A stretch of 63,956 bases of DNA, filler included, from Octopus bimaculoides (lineage: Eukaryota), in the NCBI RefSeq assembly GCF_001194135.2. It is 9 parts of 7 records of this genome, joined end to end, with 100 filler letters (N's around TTAATTAATTAA, not from the genome) between each part and the next. Parts side by side here need not be neighbours in the genome. Positions count along the whole stretch, not along the records: positions 61,327 to 62,779 come from NC_069008.1; positions 62,880 to 63,956 come from NW_026376684.1; 7 more parts are not named here. One strand, given 5' to 3'. The position numbers and the translations under genes are program-made. The notes beneath the pieces were generated by a model. It did not search any database, had not been told where the DNA came from, and saw only the letters and a list, made by a program, of their open reading frames with translations. The stretch's first letter is position 1. The number at the start of each line of letters is the position of its first letter. Below, piece by piece: positions 61,864 to 63,956 of the stretch.

Positions 61864-63192
61864 NNNNNNNNNNNNNNNNNNNNNNNNNNNNNNNNNNNNN
61901 NNNNNNNNNNNNNNNNNNNNNNNNNNNNNNNNNNNNNNNNNNNNNNNNNNNNNNNNNNNNNNNNNNNNNNNNNNNNNNNNNNNNNNNNNNNNNNNNNNNN
62001 NNNNNNNNNNNNNNNNNNNNNNNNNNNNNNNNNNNNNNNNNNNNNNNNNNNNNNNNNNNNNNNNNNNNNNNNNNNNNNNNNNNNNNNNNNNNNNNNNNNN
62101 NNNNNNNNNNNNNNNNNNNNNNNNNNNNNNNNNNNNNNNNNNNNNNNNNNNNNNNNNNNNNNNNNNNNNNNNNNNNNNNNNNNNNNNNNNNNNNNNNNNN
62201 NNNNNNNNNNNNNNNNNNNNNNNNNNNNNNNNNNNNNNNNNNNNNNNNNATATATATATATATATATATAAACCACATGTATACACATTTAAACCACACA
62301 TACACATATACGTGTATATACACACATACTTTTTCGCTTTGGTTCTTCCGTACTCTCCCCTCCCCTCCCTTCCCACCAAAAGTAAGATTAGTGTAGAGAT
62401 AAAACCCTGCCACTCCATCCCTGCCCCCTGTGCCCCAGTAGCTCAGCTGGGGTGCTTACATACACCTAGGTACACAGGTGAAACAGTTTTATTGTTCAGG
62501 TGTGAGTAGTAGTGGTAGAGGTTGAGAGGTGATCGTTGTGGTGACGATGGTGGTGGTGGTGGTGGTGGAGAGGGGATCCTTGTAGTGGTTGTGGTGGGGG
62601 TTGGTCTTGTACAAGTGTACACATGCCTTGTCACAATTCTCAATTATCCTATGTGTGTGTGTGTGTGTGAGCACACGTGTGTGTCTATGTGTATGTATGT
62701 ATATTATACATATGTGTATATACATGTATGTGTCTATATATCTACCCTAATTATATACATATGTATATATATATATATANNNNNNNNNNNNNNNNNNNNN
62801 NNNNNNNNNNNNNNNNNNNNNNNTTAATTAATTAANNNNNNNNNNNNNNNNNNNNNNNNNNNNNNNNNNNNNNNNNNNNGCGGGGAGGGGCTAAATAAAT
62901 ATACAAAAACTCAAAAGTTAAAGTAGTGAGATTAAATATGTACAATGATCGGTATGTGATCAGGAATTCAAATATATACCGAGTTCAAAGTTATGCGTTC
63001 ATATTTAGGCGTGTTCTTTATTTTTCGATAAATAAATTTTCTTTATTTGAACGTCCTCTTAAAGAAATTGTTTCTTTTGTCTCGTAAATGGGGAAAACTG
63101 TGAAGTTTGGTTGGATATTACCTGCACATCTTTCTATGTCATCACTCAAACGAATCTGTTTGTTGTATGAAAAAAGGATAATGGTCTTTTGT

Positions 63193-63345
63193 GGGACCAT
63201 TGAACGTAGTGAGGGACCATTGAACGCAGTGGGAGACCATTGAATGCAGTGAGGGACCATTGAACTTTGGGGGTGGGGACCATTGAACGCATTGGGGGAC
63301 CATTGAACGCTGTGGGGGACCATTGAACGCAGTGGGGGACCATTC
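63193..63345 (+). repeat. ~20-bp minisatellite (GGGACCATTGAACGCAGTG) joined to a SINE B head
   Basis: Direct reading; continues into CCCGGACCCATGTGCTTGGGAAGCAA..CTTACCACAC. Confidence 0.92.
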
Positions 63346-63489
63346 AACCCGGACCCATGTGCTTGGGAAGCAAAATTCTTACCACACAACCTCACATGCT
63401 CGTAATGCAAATGATACGTTAAATAATATTTTTTTCCAATTCTGAAAATCGAAATATTTTATATGTAAATAATATTTTTCAACATGTTT

Positions 63490-63764
63490 CAGTTATTCGT
63501 TTCTGGCGATGCTGGCGCACTGTATTCGAGTGTTTAGTCGAACAAATCGATTCAATTGCTTCTTTTTATACTTGTAACTTATTCCATGACGAATCGCGAA
63601 GTTTCGCGTCATAACAAAGCAACACCGCTTGCGAAGCGATGGTAAGGCAAAAACACAATCACACATACACTCACACACATATGTGTGTGTGTATATTCGA
63701 TGGGCTTCTTCCAGTTTCCATATTCCAGACCCACTCACAAGGCTGTGATTGGTCCAAGGCTATA
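63490..63764 (-). mobile_element. Decayed SINE B/D
   Basis: TTTAGTCGAACAAATCGA..GATGGGCTTCTTCCAGTTTCC..CCACTCACAAGGC..GGCTATAG. Confidence 0.75.
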
Positions 63765-63956
63765 GTTCAATGGTCCCCCAAAAGTTCAATGGTCCCCCAC
63801 TACGTTCAATGGTCCCCCAAAAGTTCAATGGTCCCCCAATGCGTTCAATGGTCCCCCGAAAGTTCAATGATCCCCCAATGCGTTCAATGGTCCCCCAAAA
63901 GTTCAATGGTCCACCAATGCGTTCAATGGTCCCCCAATGCGTTCAATGGTCCCCCA
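63765..63956 (-). repeat. Same ~20-bp minisatellite in inverted orientation, running off the window end
   Basis: GTTCAATGGTCCCCCAATGC units. Confidence 0.95.

Overview
Eukaryotic, AT-rich, gap-riddled draft-assembly sequence. The SINE families, dense microsatellites and RTE/Penelope/R4-like relics point to an octopus (cephalopod) genome; this is inference from pattern recognition, not a search. Eight artificial linkers (N..TTAATTAATTAA..N) split the window into nine pieces whose order and orientation are uncertain. No intact gene is present. The long ORFs in the track are microsatellite or N-run artefacts, or retrotransposon fragments. Supported content: at least four tRNA-derived/composite SINE families (about 40 copies); 5'-truncated LINE relics of RTE (three subfamilies), L1/Tx1-like, R4/Dong-like (restriction-like endonuclease) and Penelope types; Tc1/mariner, pogo/Tigger and hAT MITEs; a ~170-bp TG..CA element; and several minisatellites and local duplications. 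The most interesting signal is four minimal type I hammerhead ribozyme motifs read directly from the sequence (37930+, 40304+, 40682-, 56939-). One lies in a 542-nt tandem duplication, a retrozyme or Penelope pseudo-LTR layout. A recurrent variant motif (CUGUUGA core, zero-loop ACGU stem III) is also present. Other signals: LINE insertions apparently targeted to microsatellites, head/tail shuffling among SINEs, a CpG-decay mosaic that follows the linker boundaries, and weak splice-based evidence for host exons including a possible zinc-finger C-terminus on the minus strand at 7.4-12.6 kb.
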